Assembly (NCBI RefSeq): GCF_009914755.1
Contig: NC_060936.1
Direction: 5' to 3' (one strand)
DNA length: 64,000 nt
Source: the human T2T-CHM13v2.0 reference genome, Homo sapiens
Positions 1-12,510 of this stretch are shown piece by piece. Every line of letters starts with the position of its first letter. Position 1 is the first letter of the stretch. The notes under the pieces are model-generated. The model was not told the DNA's origin. It did no database searches and saw nothing but the letters and a program-made list of their open reading frames with translations. Both the position numbers and the translations under genes were made by a program.

Positions 1-859
1 AGTTGAAAGAGTAGGCATAATTGCTAATTATAACAAATTTATAATTTATTATAACATTAAAAACAATAAAAGTAAAATATTTTTCAGCGTCTATGTGTTA
101 TCTGAAATGTTTACTCTATTCACTAACCGCTGTCAGAAAAGATTTCTCGAAGATTAATTTTCCATTAATGGTATGACCAATCAGTCTCCTGATATCTTTG
201 TTAGATTTATGGTTTCAGTTGAAGAGCAGAATAAAACATAAAATACATCTGTTTATTTGAATGTATTTCTTGCAAATACTCGCAAGTAACACAGTTACAC
301 ATTTCGAGTTTAAACGTCAAAAGAGTAAAAGGAATGTGGTGATGGCAACTGAAAAAAAAATCAATGTTTGAGTAAACTCTAAGAGCAAACAGAGAAAATT
401 AATTCCTAAGTCATTAATTTTACTTTTTCTAAAATATTCAGGAAGAGCTGCAAAAGAATTGCTTTTACCTGATGCATATGAAAATTTGGAGCTCTCCAGA
501 CACTCTTACTTTCTGAAAGTAGCAAGTAGAATCCTGCATATACATCTAATTTACTTTCAAATTCTATATTCACATTATAAAAGACTTTTAAAAAAGAGGG
601 AAAGGGAAAAGGAAAGAAAACAAGTACAGTGTTTAAAAATAAAAAGTCACAAAAATCGTCCTTAGGCCTATGACCTTTGGGAGCTGGCACATTACTTCAA
701 TCGATAGTAAGAAAATGTTTGTTGAATACATTAATAAATAAACATCAAACAGATATTTGCTACATTTTGGGTTATTTTCCACCTTCCACTTTATGAAATG
801 AACTCTCCAAAGCTAACTAAATAGATCCAAGAAGGATTAATTAACAGCATGAGTTTTTG

Positions 860-1040
860 ACTCAAGATGTTTCAGTAATGGATATGCACTATACTAATGT
901 GTCCTTGGGCAAGCTACTTAACTTCTCTGATCTTTAGTTTCTACACACAGAAAATAGGAGAAAGATATTTCTAATTTAATGATAACATGCCTAAAGCATG
1001 TAGGCAAGGGGTCTGCAACAATATAAATGAGATAGCTGAT
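860..1040 (+). mobile_element. MIR SINE fragment
   Basis: MIR core tgtgtccttgggcaagctacttaacttctctgatctttagtttc; boundaries approximate. Confidence 0.7.
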
Positions 1041-2419
1041 GTTATGATGTTATGATTAGCAACTTACCTTGCATTGCCAGATTAGGAGAAGACCCTGCCA
1101 TTTTTCTCCTTTCAACCCTCCACAGCCTCTAGAAAAAATTCTCTAATACTGTTGCTTAACCATTTGTCTTAGAAGCAATTATTTTAAAAACAAGTTCAGA
1201 ATTGGGACTACTGTTTACCATGAATAAGCCTTTAACTGCCTTTATCCATTCCAAAACAGCTGTTGAATTTCATAAACCCAACAATTACCACTTGCTCCCC
1301 TCAAGCCCTCAGAGCTTCTCTTAAATGGATTATCTTTGCCTAAATCCATTCTAAACCAAATAGGAAAATATGTTTTCATGAATCCCGTGTGGTAGTTTCA
1401 AGGCTAAGATAGTTTTTTTGTTCAGGAATATTTAAGCATTTTTTCCCTGGGCAGTTCAGCTGAGATTCAAACTATCAAACACAGCAATTCAACTTTATAG
1501 GAAATATTATTCCAAAATAATATTTTCACATTTGTGCTGGAAGGAAAAGAGGGAATATTATAACAACTTTCATAATTTCTCTGCAATAAGGCTCAGGGTA
1601 AGTTGAAAAGTAAGAGAGTTATATACTAGAAGATACAAACAAACCTTAGAGTCTTGCCAAATTGGAATCAAAATCTTAGACATTTCCTAATGCAACAGTG
1701 GGCAGGCTGCTTATGTATCTAAGTCTCAGTTTCCTCACTTAAAACAGGACACTTGCTATATATCTAGAGGGATTCATGTGATTATTTTAAAGTAGATACT
1801 GCTTGTTACATAGGAAATCCCAGAAATGGTATTATCTCTTATGAATACCCGATTATAATCTTACAGAAAAAGTTGAAGATTCCAAAAGACAACATGTCTT
1901 GAACTTAAACTTTAATGCCCCCATCATCCTTTCTCTGTGTCTGTTTTAAGACAGTAACCAAAGAAGAAACACGGGATGTTTGCTCACCTCTGCGCTTGAT
2001 GGCAGTCCAGAAACAAGGGGCCTGAAGTGATTATTTAGACCGTGTGGCACCCAAAGATAACTTTTGCCTCAAAGATCTTGAGTTAATTTAGGGAGCTCAT
2101 GGTTATGTGGGATCTGAGAACCTGTAGGAGAGCTGCAGCTGGGGCTATACTGTTAACTGTCTTTGATGCTAAACAAATATTAAGGCTTGCGCTGCACCCC
2201 AGAAGATCAGGGAGCATCAGAGAAGTACCTTTGTGCAGATCGTGATCATAAGATTTTAAGTCCCCTGTCTATTCACCTGTGTCCCAGAGGAACAAAATTC
2301 TATTGAGTTTTTACCCTCCCCTGCTTGTCTAGCATATACAGGACCCTAAAACCCTGAACTGGTGTCTACAAAAAGGCCACGGAACCCAGAAAACTGTGGA
2401 TAAAGTTCCAAGAAGACCC

Positions 2420-3300
2420 AGAACTGAAGGCTTTTATTTTAAATAGTTCACATAGAGAAGTCTGGTGATAACTTGAAATGAATAAAAGGCAATAAGATTA
2501 TGTAAGGATATTCTCTAGATCTTAAAAAAATCTAATTTTTTTTAAATTGGTAGAGGAAATGAAAGAGAAGATGACAACTTTTAAGAATTGGCAAAAATCA
2601 ATGGACAGGAATATCACAAAACACAGAGAAAAAATACAAGAATATAAAAAAATCATGGGAGTAAAGTTAACAGTCTGAAGGAAAAATACAGAAGGTTTTA
2701 TATGCAAATAATAAGAATTTCAGATGAAGGAAAAGGAACAGATGGAGGAAAGAGAATAATCAAGCCAACAATAGACAAAACGTTTTCTAAACTGAAGAAA
2801 CACTTGAGCTACAGATTGAAAGGGTTCACCATGTCCCAGAAAGGATTAAGGGGGAAAAAAAACCAACATATTTTATATGCATCCTGGTAAATTATTCTGA
2901 ATTCCTTAAATGAGGTAAACCCTTGTAAGCATCTATACAAAGTAGGTAACTTTTGAAATAAAAGGAATCAGAGTAGCAATAGAACTTATCCAAAATACTA
3001 AGAGATAGAAGCTAATATTGACAGAACATTGAGAGAGAGGACTGTAGTCAAGAACCCATCCCCAGATGAGACACCTATCACCAGGGGAAATAAAAGAAGT
3101 ATATCTCTGGATATGCAGAGATTCTGAGAATATCAACCACATGTTTCCACCTAAGAAAAGTATGTAAGAAGGCAACAAATATCAACTGACCAGGACCGGA
3201 GATCTTGGAATAGGAAATGGTGACAAGAGAACAAAAGAGGGCTGAGCCATGTGCCTTGTAAAGCACATAAGTAGATCTATATGGATGATCTCCATGAAGG
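2420..3300 (+). mobile_element. Old L1M/HAL1-type fossil, ORF1 region
   Basis: A-rich degenerate L1 ORF1. The 2702-2890 translation (IIRISDEGK..TFSKLKK) resembles ORF1p IRIIGIPEGEE..NFPNL, and agattgaaagggttcacc is the QIERAH-like segment. No ORF2 follows. Confidence 0.65.
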
Positions 3301-3579
3301 GGATAGCAATTGATATGTGGTGTTCTAATTATGGATTCTTTTTGGAAGTCTTTTCAATGTAATGTATTTAATTATAAAATACTTTCTACATATATATAAC
3401 TTATATACATATATATTAAAGTTATAAAGTTGTAAAGCAAAAAAGAAGATAAATATTCAGGAGCCAAACAACTACCTAATTGTCCTAACGCCTTGACACT
3501 AGGCTATGACCCCTCTGCCATACTGCACAGGAAGTGGCCACTAAAATTCTCTTGTTTTCCCTGAATTTATGCATCTTAA

Positions 3580-4300
3580 AAATACGCTTTGTTATTCTTG
3601 TTTTTGATATTTATAAAAACTGTCATTAGACTATATACAATTTTATGGAACTTACTTTTAATGCAATAATATGTCCATGAAATCCATTTTTATAGATGAT
3701 TTGCCTTCACTTAATCAATGAGAATGTTTAAAAATTATCAAATTTTTCACACAATGCTGGTGGAATAGCTAGTTGAAGAAACTTTAAAAGTAAAATCACT
3801 GTGTTAGCTGTTTATATGTGCTGTAATTCTCTGTGTTCATAAAGGAAGATAATATGTTAGAGTGCATGTATTCTTCACCCTCCCTTCATCCTCTTCTAGT
3901 CTGTAGATTTTGAGGAGATAGTTTAATATTTTTGATTTCAGACATTAAGTTTTCTGTTTTTCTATTTTAAGTTTTCTATTTTTCTATTAACAATCTATTG
4001 CGTGAACCCATTGCACTGCTTATCCATTTTCCTCTAAGAGAACATTGGTGGTTACCAGTTACAAACGGTATCATTATGAACAATTGTGTACACATTTCCT
4101 GGTGAAAGAGTTTCTCTAAAGAATATGCCAAAGAGTAGAATTAAATATACTGACTTATTGTATATCAATAAGTATCCTTTTTACAAGGTGATACCAAATG
4201 TTTATTTTTTTTCAAAGTGATTTTTTTCTCCAATTTTTATTGGTACCAATAATATATGAGTTTCTGCTGAAAATTGCCAAGTTTTGACATTTTCATTAAG
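3580..4300 (-). mobile_element. Old L1ME-type 3' region, interrupted at ~3710-3990 by the inverted-duplication copy
   Basis: 3580-3705 and 3990-4290 read as consecutive pieces of antisense L1ME 3' sequence (tttgatatttataaaaactgtcat..., ttatccattttcctc...cattatgaacaattgtgtacac...). Confidence 0.6.
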
Positions 4301-4578
4301 TATTCTTAACATCCGAAGCCATGCATTAAAATAGAAAATGTAATGTCTGAAACTAAAAATATTAAGCTATCTCCTCAAAATCGATAGACTAGAAGAGGAT
4401 GAAGGAAGGGTGAAGAATACATGCACACTAAGATATTATCTTCCTTTATGAACACAGAGAATTACAGCACATATAAACAGCTAACACAGTGATTTTATTT
4501 TTAAAGTTTCTTCAACAAGCTATTCCACCAGTGTTGTGTGAAAAATTCAATAATTTTTAAATATTCTCATTGATTAAG
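3710..4578. repeat. 238-bp inverted repeat (3710-3947 vs 4341-4578), 393-bp spacer
   Basis: Manual reverse-complement alignment: 15 mismatches in 238, no indels. Confidence 0.97.
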
Positions 4579-7029
4579 AAAAGATATTCTATTAAAAAAT
4601 GAAGAAAACTCAATAAAATTCAATAGGAAAAAATTCAATAAAAATAACAAATACTCTATGCAGTTTATACTAGATTTTGTATCTGTAAATAATTTTTAAA
4701 TATCTTTTTAATTAAAATACAAAATGTCTGTTACAATTTATTTTTTGTTAACTATAATTTATCTATCACTTTATATAATGTGAAAAATACAAAAATAAAA
4801 GATAAGTTAGCCCAAAAGATTACTAACATTTTAAGAAGAGTTACAGTTCTACTCTATGCTTATGAAACATTCAGAATTCACAAATTATTCTCCAACTATT
4901 AAATATAAAGAAAAAAATATTTCAGTTGAAGTTGAGTTATCTGAATTAAGTATAAAGATAATTCCTCCTTGATAGCACCACTGAAGATTACATTTAGTTT
5001 CAAGGACTTCTAAGAAGCAGAAGAATTTTTAAATCTTCAAAAGTTCTGTGCTTTTTTTCTTAACTCTTCCTACAATTTCCCTGCCTCTGTGTGTTATCAC
5101 TTTCTGAGGTCTAGTCACTCCATTTTTATTTTATCTTATCTAAAAAATTATACTGCGTCCCTATTCTCTCCATTTACTTCTTTTTACTTATTTATCTGAT
5201 CCAGTATTTCCTTTCTTAACTCATAAGCTGCACATTTCTACTTGCTGTCTTCATTTTTCTGTAAGACCAAAATGTTCCTGAATTGATAAATTTAAGCCTG
5301 AACTGTATTAGTAAGAAATATTCCCAAAATTTAGGCCCAATCAGCTACCAAAAAATGTAACAAGCCATCAAAATACATAAAATCCATATAATTGAGCTTA
5401 AAGAAACCAATAATCTAATAGACATATTAAGTACATTACTTTTGAATTAATAGTAACCATACAAAGGATAAACACTGATTAAAAAGTCACCATGCCAAAA
5501 CTAAAAACTTTAAAATATAGGAGGTGCCACTTTACAATTGCCTACGGTAGGCAAATATTCAGTCTTTTCTTGACAATCAGCATTGCCTTGATGTTCAAAT
5601 AATATGAAAATGGAACTTCATAAAAATTCTCAAATCTATGCAAGGCAAAATAAATGTAGTTTAACCAGGAAACTTGAATTTAATTTACAATGTAACTCAA
5701 AGGATAAGCAATAAGTAATCTAACATAATTCAGAAGACATCAAAAGTGAGAAGCATCTTGTAGGCTAGAAACTGATGCTTGTTATTATATATCTGCCAAC
5801 ATTTGAACATCTGGAATGTTCAAAGTGAAGATATATACATAATGGGGTCTATCATTTGACAAATGCAAATGCTTTAAAATTAATGTACTAACTAATCACA
5901 ATGTTCATATCAAGCGATTTGGACCAGTAAGGTAAACATACTTAAGTTTCATAATAAAAGACCTCAATACTATCTCTTGAAAGCTGAATTCTCAACCTTG
6001 ATTCACATATATCAGTCATTTAAATATGTAGTTTCTGACCATTAGAACTTTAAAACCACTATTTCCTCCTGTAATTTTCAGAAAAAAATAAAAGGAAAAT
6101 GAAAATAGAGAATTCTCTTCAGTATCATCGTTCAAAATATTCTTACATGTAGGTTTATATTTATAAAGGAATAATACCATCCTGTGTCAGAATTCTGGCC
6201 TGTTAACATGCCCATTCTGCAATCCAGCCTCCATACCAACACCTCCAAATGTCATACCCACCCTCTCTTCAAATGGAGTTTAGAGAGACTAAGAACACAT
6301 GGGCTGCCCACTATAAGAAACTGTCAATTAAATCTCAGAAGTCCATCTTTGCAAGCTCACAATATAGGTAGAGAAACAGGGGAGTAGAACCTCTTATCTA
6401 TTTTGTATCTTGATTCTGAAGTGCAGTCTTGTCCATGTCCTTTACAGGGCATTGGTCTGTCCTTCAGCCGTGGATTGTAAGAATACTGTGCTGATACTAC
6501 CACACAGAGTTTCAGGCCACTTTCAATCTCTCCAGGGAAAAAAAAGAGTTTTGTCTTCAATTAGAATCCAGCTTAATTACGGCTTATTTATTTGTAAGCC
6601 TATATCTTTACCCAAAGAAACACACATACACATATATACACACACACACATTGTTATTGAAAGTTTAATGTCATAGACCATAGCTTCAGATAAATCAAAA
6701 GAAGACTCAGAAAATTTAATTAATCTAATTTATACTTTAATTTTATTCAACTAAATTTTTAATTTGAAGTGGAATGACTCTCAAAATCTGTTGGAATCTA
6801 TAAAATATTCAACCAACATGAGAGTGCTTTTGACTTTTTGGCTTACAGACCCAGAAACAATTATGGATAGGTATATTTTAATAAAAGCTATCGCTAAACA
6901 AAAAATATCTAAAATTAAAAATTAGATTACAGACAGTTGCTAGGTTGGACGCTTCCTTCATTTTGTACCCTATAGCAAATCTATCAGCAAATATGGTGGG
7001 TTCTTGTTTCCAAACATCTTGCAGGCATT

Positions 7030-7340
7030 ATTCATTTACTTGACAAATATATATGTAACATCTAATAAATACCAAGCACTATGCTAGTAACAGAGACATA
7101 GTGGTAAGCAAAATGGACTACGTCTTGGCCTCCTTTAAGTCTTGGCCCCCTGAGCCTGTATTCTGTAATGTTCTGCTGCTACGAGTAAGGGCTATAAAGA
7201 AAAATATATCGGGGAAAGGAAATGTTAGAAGATGTTACTACAGTTATGGGAATTACAACCCAAAGAAGTAGCAGTTGATCAAAGCCTGAGTGATGTAAGG
7301 AACTGAGCCTTCCTCCACACATGTGCAAAGGACCTGGGGT
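7030..7340 (-). mobile_element. L2 LINE 3' fragment
   Basis: ttattcatttacttgacaaatat...ccaagcactatgctag is a typical antisense L2 tail; boundaries approximate. Confidence 0.6.
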
Positions 7341-7500
7341 CCTCACTGAGGTTCACAAATACTACTTCACATCATACTATTTTATAGTTCTCTCCCTAAA
7401 ATGCCTTCAAACTCCTGCCGTCTTTTAGAATACACGGAGTTATTTGTGTTGCCTTAGTCCTTTCTCCAAAAGCTCCAGTCAACATTCAACTTCTACTTTT

Positions 7501-7804
7501 TTTTTTTTTTTTTTTTTTTTTTTGAGAAGGGATCTCGCTGTCACCCAGGCTGGAGTGCAGTGGCGCGATCTCGGCTCACTGCAGGCTCCGCCCCCCGGGG
7601 TTCACGCCATTCTCCTGCCTCACCTGCCGAATAGCTGGGACTACAGGCGCCCGCCACCACGCCCGGCTAATTTTTTGTATTTTTAGTAGAGACTGGGTTT
7701 CACCGTGTTAGCCAGGATGGTCTCGATCTCCTGACCTCGTGATCCACCCGCCTGGGCCTCCCAAAGTGCTGGGATTACAAGCGTGAGAGCCACCGCGCCC
7801 TGCC
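7501..7804 (-). mobile_element. AluY-type SINE, full length
   Basis: Poly(T) to 7523, both monomers, AluY diagnostics (ttcacgccattctcctgcc, ccgtgttagccaggatggtctcgatctcctgacctcgtgatcc); perfect TSD caacttctactttt at 7487-7500 and 7805-7818. Confidence 0.97.
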
Positions 7805-7944
7805 CAACTTCTACTTTTGATGACTAGCTCTGTATTCACTTACTGTGATCTGTACCAAATGTCATTGCACTTAGAATCTAAAAGAGAAAACTGATACTTA
7901 TGAAACTTCTAATCTGAACCAGGATCTCAGCCAGTAATCCTTCC

Positions 7945-8095
7945 ACACATTATCTGATTTTATCTTCACGATACTTCTATGAGGTAGGCATGGTTATTCA
8001 ATTTTACAGATGAAGAAGCTGAGCTTCTGAGAGATGCTGATCATACATCTATTAAATGGCAAATCCAAAATCTGTACTCTGTTTTGAATAACTCT
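7945..8095 (-). mobile_element. MIR SINE fragment
   Basis: ctatgaggtaggc...ttttacagatgaagaagctgag core. Confidence 0.7.
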
Positions 8096-8401
8096 AAATT
8101 TCATCTACTTCATTTTGTTTATTTACTTATTTATTTATGCTCCCATATCAAAAACAAAGTTTGTCCCATGTCTCGTTACCAAGTTTGGGAGCCAGATGAT
8201 TATTAGTGCTTTTGCCAGGAATTCTGTTCATCTTCTCCTCTGCATATCAAAGTCTTCAGGGGCTAGCATGTTAGAATACTTTTCCGAATTAGTTCAGGTC
8301 ACGTCAATGCATCTTCTCTAAACTGGTACACTTGGAATCAGAATTGCAGAGATTTGTACCTATTTATTTCTCTACTTGTGTGATTCTTCGTATCTTTTTT
8401 T

Positions 8402-8455
8402 AAACAAAATTATTTAATTATTTAAACAAAATTATTTAAGAAACAAAATTATTAA
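8402..8455. repeat. Short imperfect tandem repeat (aaacaaaattatttaa, about 3 copies)
   Basis: Seen directly. Confidence 0.7.
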
Positions 8456-10861
8456 GAATGAGAGCTCTGGACACCCTCCCCCCAAAATAATGAATATAAT
8501 TACAATATTGTGCATACCTGAAACTCATCTCTGGACTCCCTGCTTTGAATGCATTTATTTAAACTACTCAAGGAAATTACAGGTTGCTTGAGCGCAGCAA
8601 CTATAATTTATTTTTTCTTGAGCTCCCTGCAGTGCCTGGAACAGTGCCGAATAAATACTAAGTGACTGGCCTGTCAAGGAACCTTGTGCTTTATATTTTT
8701 AAAGTGATAGGTTTTCAGCATAAACCCATCTAATTTCAATAAAAATGTTGTATGCATTTTGCAGCAACCAAAGATCAGGGGATTATACCTTTACAAAGGG
8801 AGCACAAAATGGTTCAGCATCACCATTTGAGGGTCATCAAGCAATGAATTCCAAAGACGGTTGCAGGACCTGAATTTACATGTTTCAAAGGAGGGTCCGA
8901 AGGGAACCAGAAAGACAGCTGAACTCAGCTGGGAAATCTCATACTCTGCCTCAAAGAGAATATCAGAAGAAAATGTACTCTTAGTGATATTGTTGGAATT
9001 GTTATTATTAAAATAATAATAATAAAGTTAAGGGAAATACGATTAGACTCCAGAAAGAAGACTATAAAAGCAGCTACTAAAAATTGCTGTTATTAATTCT
9101 CCTTCCAATTCACATAACATTATTTTCTTATTCAGATTCAAATGAAATGAACATTCTGAGAAAACTGGCTGAATATACATATTCCAATAGAGGAAGATAC
9201 TATAATAGCAAAACAACATTTAAAAATAGCTAAATAGGAGCAGTGGAAATAAAAGACAAAACATGATATTGTATCTTGAAATTCAGATCACTAAATAACA
9301 AAAGGACATTTAAAAGTAGAACAAAAGGGTCACATAGGAAAGGCTGATTAAAACGATGCCATTCCCAACATTCTCTGTCCTGGCAGTCTCAGCCTGTAGC
9401 CTGTACCCACCCTTCTTAACGGACACCATATGCTGACCCTCCTCCCCCGGGCCAACACACACATATCTGCAACTCATGGTTGATGCAACTAATTCCCTGC
9501 TGCCCACCTGCCTCCAAAGAAAACAGCTTTGCGTTCATCATCTCACTTTAAAGGGTAGCATCTCATCTGCTCTAGCTATCATTTCCAGTCTAGCATAAGA
9601 AAGCTTCCCTTACAATTGTTCTTCCTACGATTCCATTCACATAGCAACACATTTTTTTTCTTCTGTTTTGGGCACAGTTACTCCCTGACTCTCATTATCA
9701 CCAGTAATTGGGCTTTCTTGCATTGTGGTTTAAAAAAAAAATAAAGGAAAGAGAAGACAAAAAGAAAGAAATAACTTCCAGATTTAATTATACATTTGTC
9801 TCTGTACACTGAGAAGCTTCTGGGTTTAAAGGCTTACTGTTTTTTATGCTTTCCGACGCTTTGAGAAGTTTTGTTTTGAATTCATTTTGCCTGCTCCTTT
9901 CAAAATATATAAAGGAGAAAATCTGGAAAAAATACAAGCTGCACTGTCAACAGGCTGGTCCTGCATTTCTTTTATTATCTTGACTACAACCACCAATGGG
10001 ATAGCAGACAATTTACATAAATTTTCTATAAAACAACTGTCCCCCCAAAAAGACTGCAACACTGACTTTCTTTTGTAGCAATTGTTAGTCTCATGGGTAG
10101 TCTCGAAGAGTCCAATAAATGGCTTTATAGTCAAAAGCTATTTTTCCACATCCCAGTCACTTCGCTACAGTTTTCATCATTACTTACTCCTTAACAAAGG
10201 TAGAGAGTATTCAGGGAATTTTTTAAGAAAAAGAAATTAGCAATACATAAGAGCAAACTCAAATATTAGAACTCTTAGGTTTGGAAGGATAAGGTGGAGA
10301 GGGCAATAGTTAAAGTTTAAATCAATTAAATAATAATATATTACACATATTTATTCTAATAATATATAATAGCATATACACACTCTTTAACATTTATAAT
10401 GGCATGTAAATATGGAAACTATAATGCCTTCTTCATCTGTTTTTAAACGAAGATCATATGAGGTAATACTTAAAAGTGTTTAAAAGAATGCATGCCATAA
10501 TTTAGGGCAATGAAGTTTGGGCATTACACAACTAAAGAGGTTACTACTCACCCATACCACAAATTGGTCCCCTGGAGTTGTACAACTCAGTCATCCTGCA
10601 TAGTAATCAATATATGTTAAAATTATTTGTCTATGTATGTCCCTACCCCATCATGCTGGACTGTCTCAAAACAAGACTCATCCTTCATTTTTGTAACTCA
10701 GTCCTAACACAAGGCCTTCAAAGGTAAGCAATGGCATTTTTAGAGCTTCACAACATCTCTAAAATTTAGATAGAGCAGAAATTACAATCTCATTTAGACA
10801 AATCAAGAAGCCAAGTCTCAGAGAGTATAAGTGACTTAATTAAGGTCTTTCAGTTAAATGA

Positions 10862-11460
10862 GCATATACTGAGCACCATTACAGAATAACCTACAATGAG
10901 CCAGACTTCAAGGGTACAGCTGAGAACAATACATGCACGATACTACAGAATAGCTAACATTTCAATGGAGAGAAACAGATAATAGCAGGTAAACAAATAA
11001 ATTTAAATAACTTCAGATATTACAAATTAGCAAAATGAAGACAATAAGGTGGGTGGCAGGTTTATATAATGTACTTGGGACAAGCCCCTCTAAAGAGTGA
11101 AAATTTCAACCTCATTGCTGAGGGCTGTCATGTAAGAATTAGGACAAGCATTACAAGCAGAAGAAAGTCAAAGCTCAAGACCTGAAGCATGCTGGCAAAG
11201 AGCAGAAAGAAGACCAGTGGGGCCAGAATGCTGTGAGGAAGCAGTAGTTTTTAGGAAGAAGTCAGAAGGAAAGGCTGGGCATTAGAGGTCATGGTAAAGA
11301 AAACAGATTTTATTCTAGTTAAGAAGGGAAGCAGTGAGATTTAATTTAAACTTTAGAAAACTTAATGCAGCTAATATGGAGTAAGTGAGGTAACAAAGTG
11401 ACAGAAAAATCGGTTAAGGATTTAGTGCAGTAATCCAGGAGAGAGACTATGTTTTGTATT
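10862..11460 (-). mobile_element. L2 LINE fragment
   Basis: tactgagcacc...; ggtcatggtaaagaaaacagattttattct; gcagtaatccaggagagag, all typical antisense L2. Confidence 0.65.
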
Positions 11461-12039
11461 ATATCCCTTTCTACCACTGTAAGAGACAGAACATCTAACC
11501 GGACAGAATATAATAGAGATTAAATCTGACATCCCTGAATTTTATGCTTTCACGGTTTATAGGCAGAGGAAACTACACTGGAAAAGGAGAAATTTGCTTA
11601 CAAAACAAGTATGATGCCTACACCTTACTTTTGATCAACTCCATGGTAAGTTAACAGGCCTGGTGAGAATCCATCTAAATCATAGTGGGACACTGAAATT
11701 ACAAAGAATAAAACAACGAACCAATTAATTGAAATGGTACATGGAATGTGTTTGCTGAATACCCCCTTCCATGGTATCCTTTAAGTCATTTCCTTTTCAC
11801 AAAATGGCCCTGTCAAATAGATTAATATTATACACAATGGGGTAACTGACAGACTGGGATCTGAGGCTGCTCACTCTTGTTTTCAGGAATATAACAAAAA
11901 CAGCATGCAGAGGCTGCCAAATGAAGCATTCATAGGTAACTTCAAAATGTAGGTTTTGTTTAAAATGTGGCTTTGCCCAAAACTAATCACTGCTAGGAAG
12001 GTGGATATTTTCTCTCTAGTAGAGATCGTGAAAAGGGTT

Positions 12040-12510
12040 AGTTAAGTGCTTTCCCTTACAATGTCTCACATGATCCTCAAAATAACACTGTAATATAATA
12101 TTATAATAATTGTTATCTTCATTATTCAGATGAATAAACATATTCAGAGAAACTGGTGACTTAACCATGAAAACTTAACCATAACGGGTGAAGTGGGCCA
12201 GAATTTGAAACCAGTTCAACTTTCAAGGTCATGTTACTTCTATCATTCTGCATTGTTTGCATTTAGTAAAGACTCTTGCCCCAGAGAGCTGCATAGGTCC
12301 AGGGTAGACTGCATAGGCTTTGAGGTTGTTCTGTGCACCAACTCTGCTCCTTCACTTGGAAAGCTTTCCGTATCTGAAAGTTTTCAGTTTCCTCATATAT
12401 AAAATGGTAATAACAACCTCCACCACAAAGATTTTCTTTGAGAATTAAGACAACATAAGCAAAAAGTTTAGTGTAATATTTTGGTCAACAACAGTAACTA
12501 AATACATGGT
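12040..12510. mobile_element. Two MIR fragments in opposite orientation (~12040-12250 minus, ~12345-12510 plus)
   Basis: tgatcctcaaaataacactg...cagatgaataaac and tcagtttcctcatatataaaatgg cores. Confidence 0.6.

Noticed and set aside
7444-7686. ORFs over Alus (also 31501-31719, 38573-38903)
   Set aside because: Alu read-through translations, not genes.
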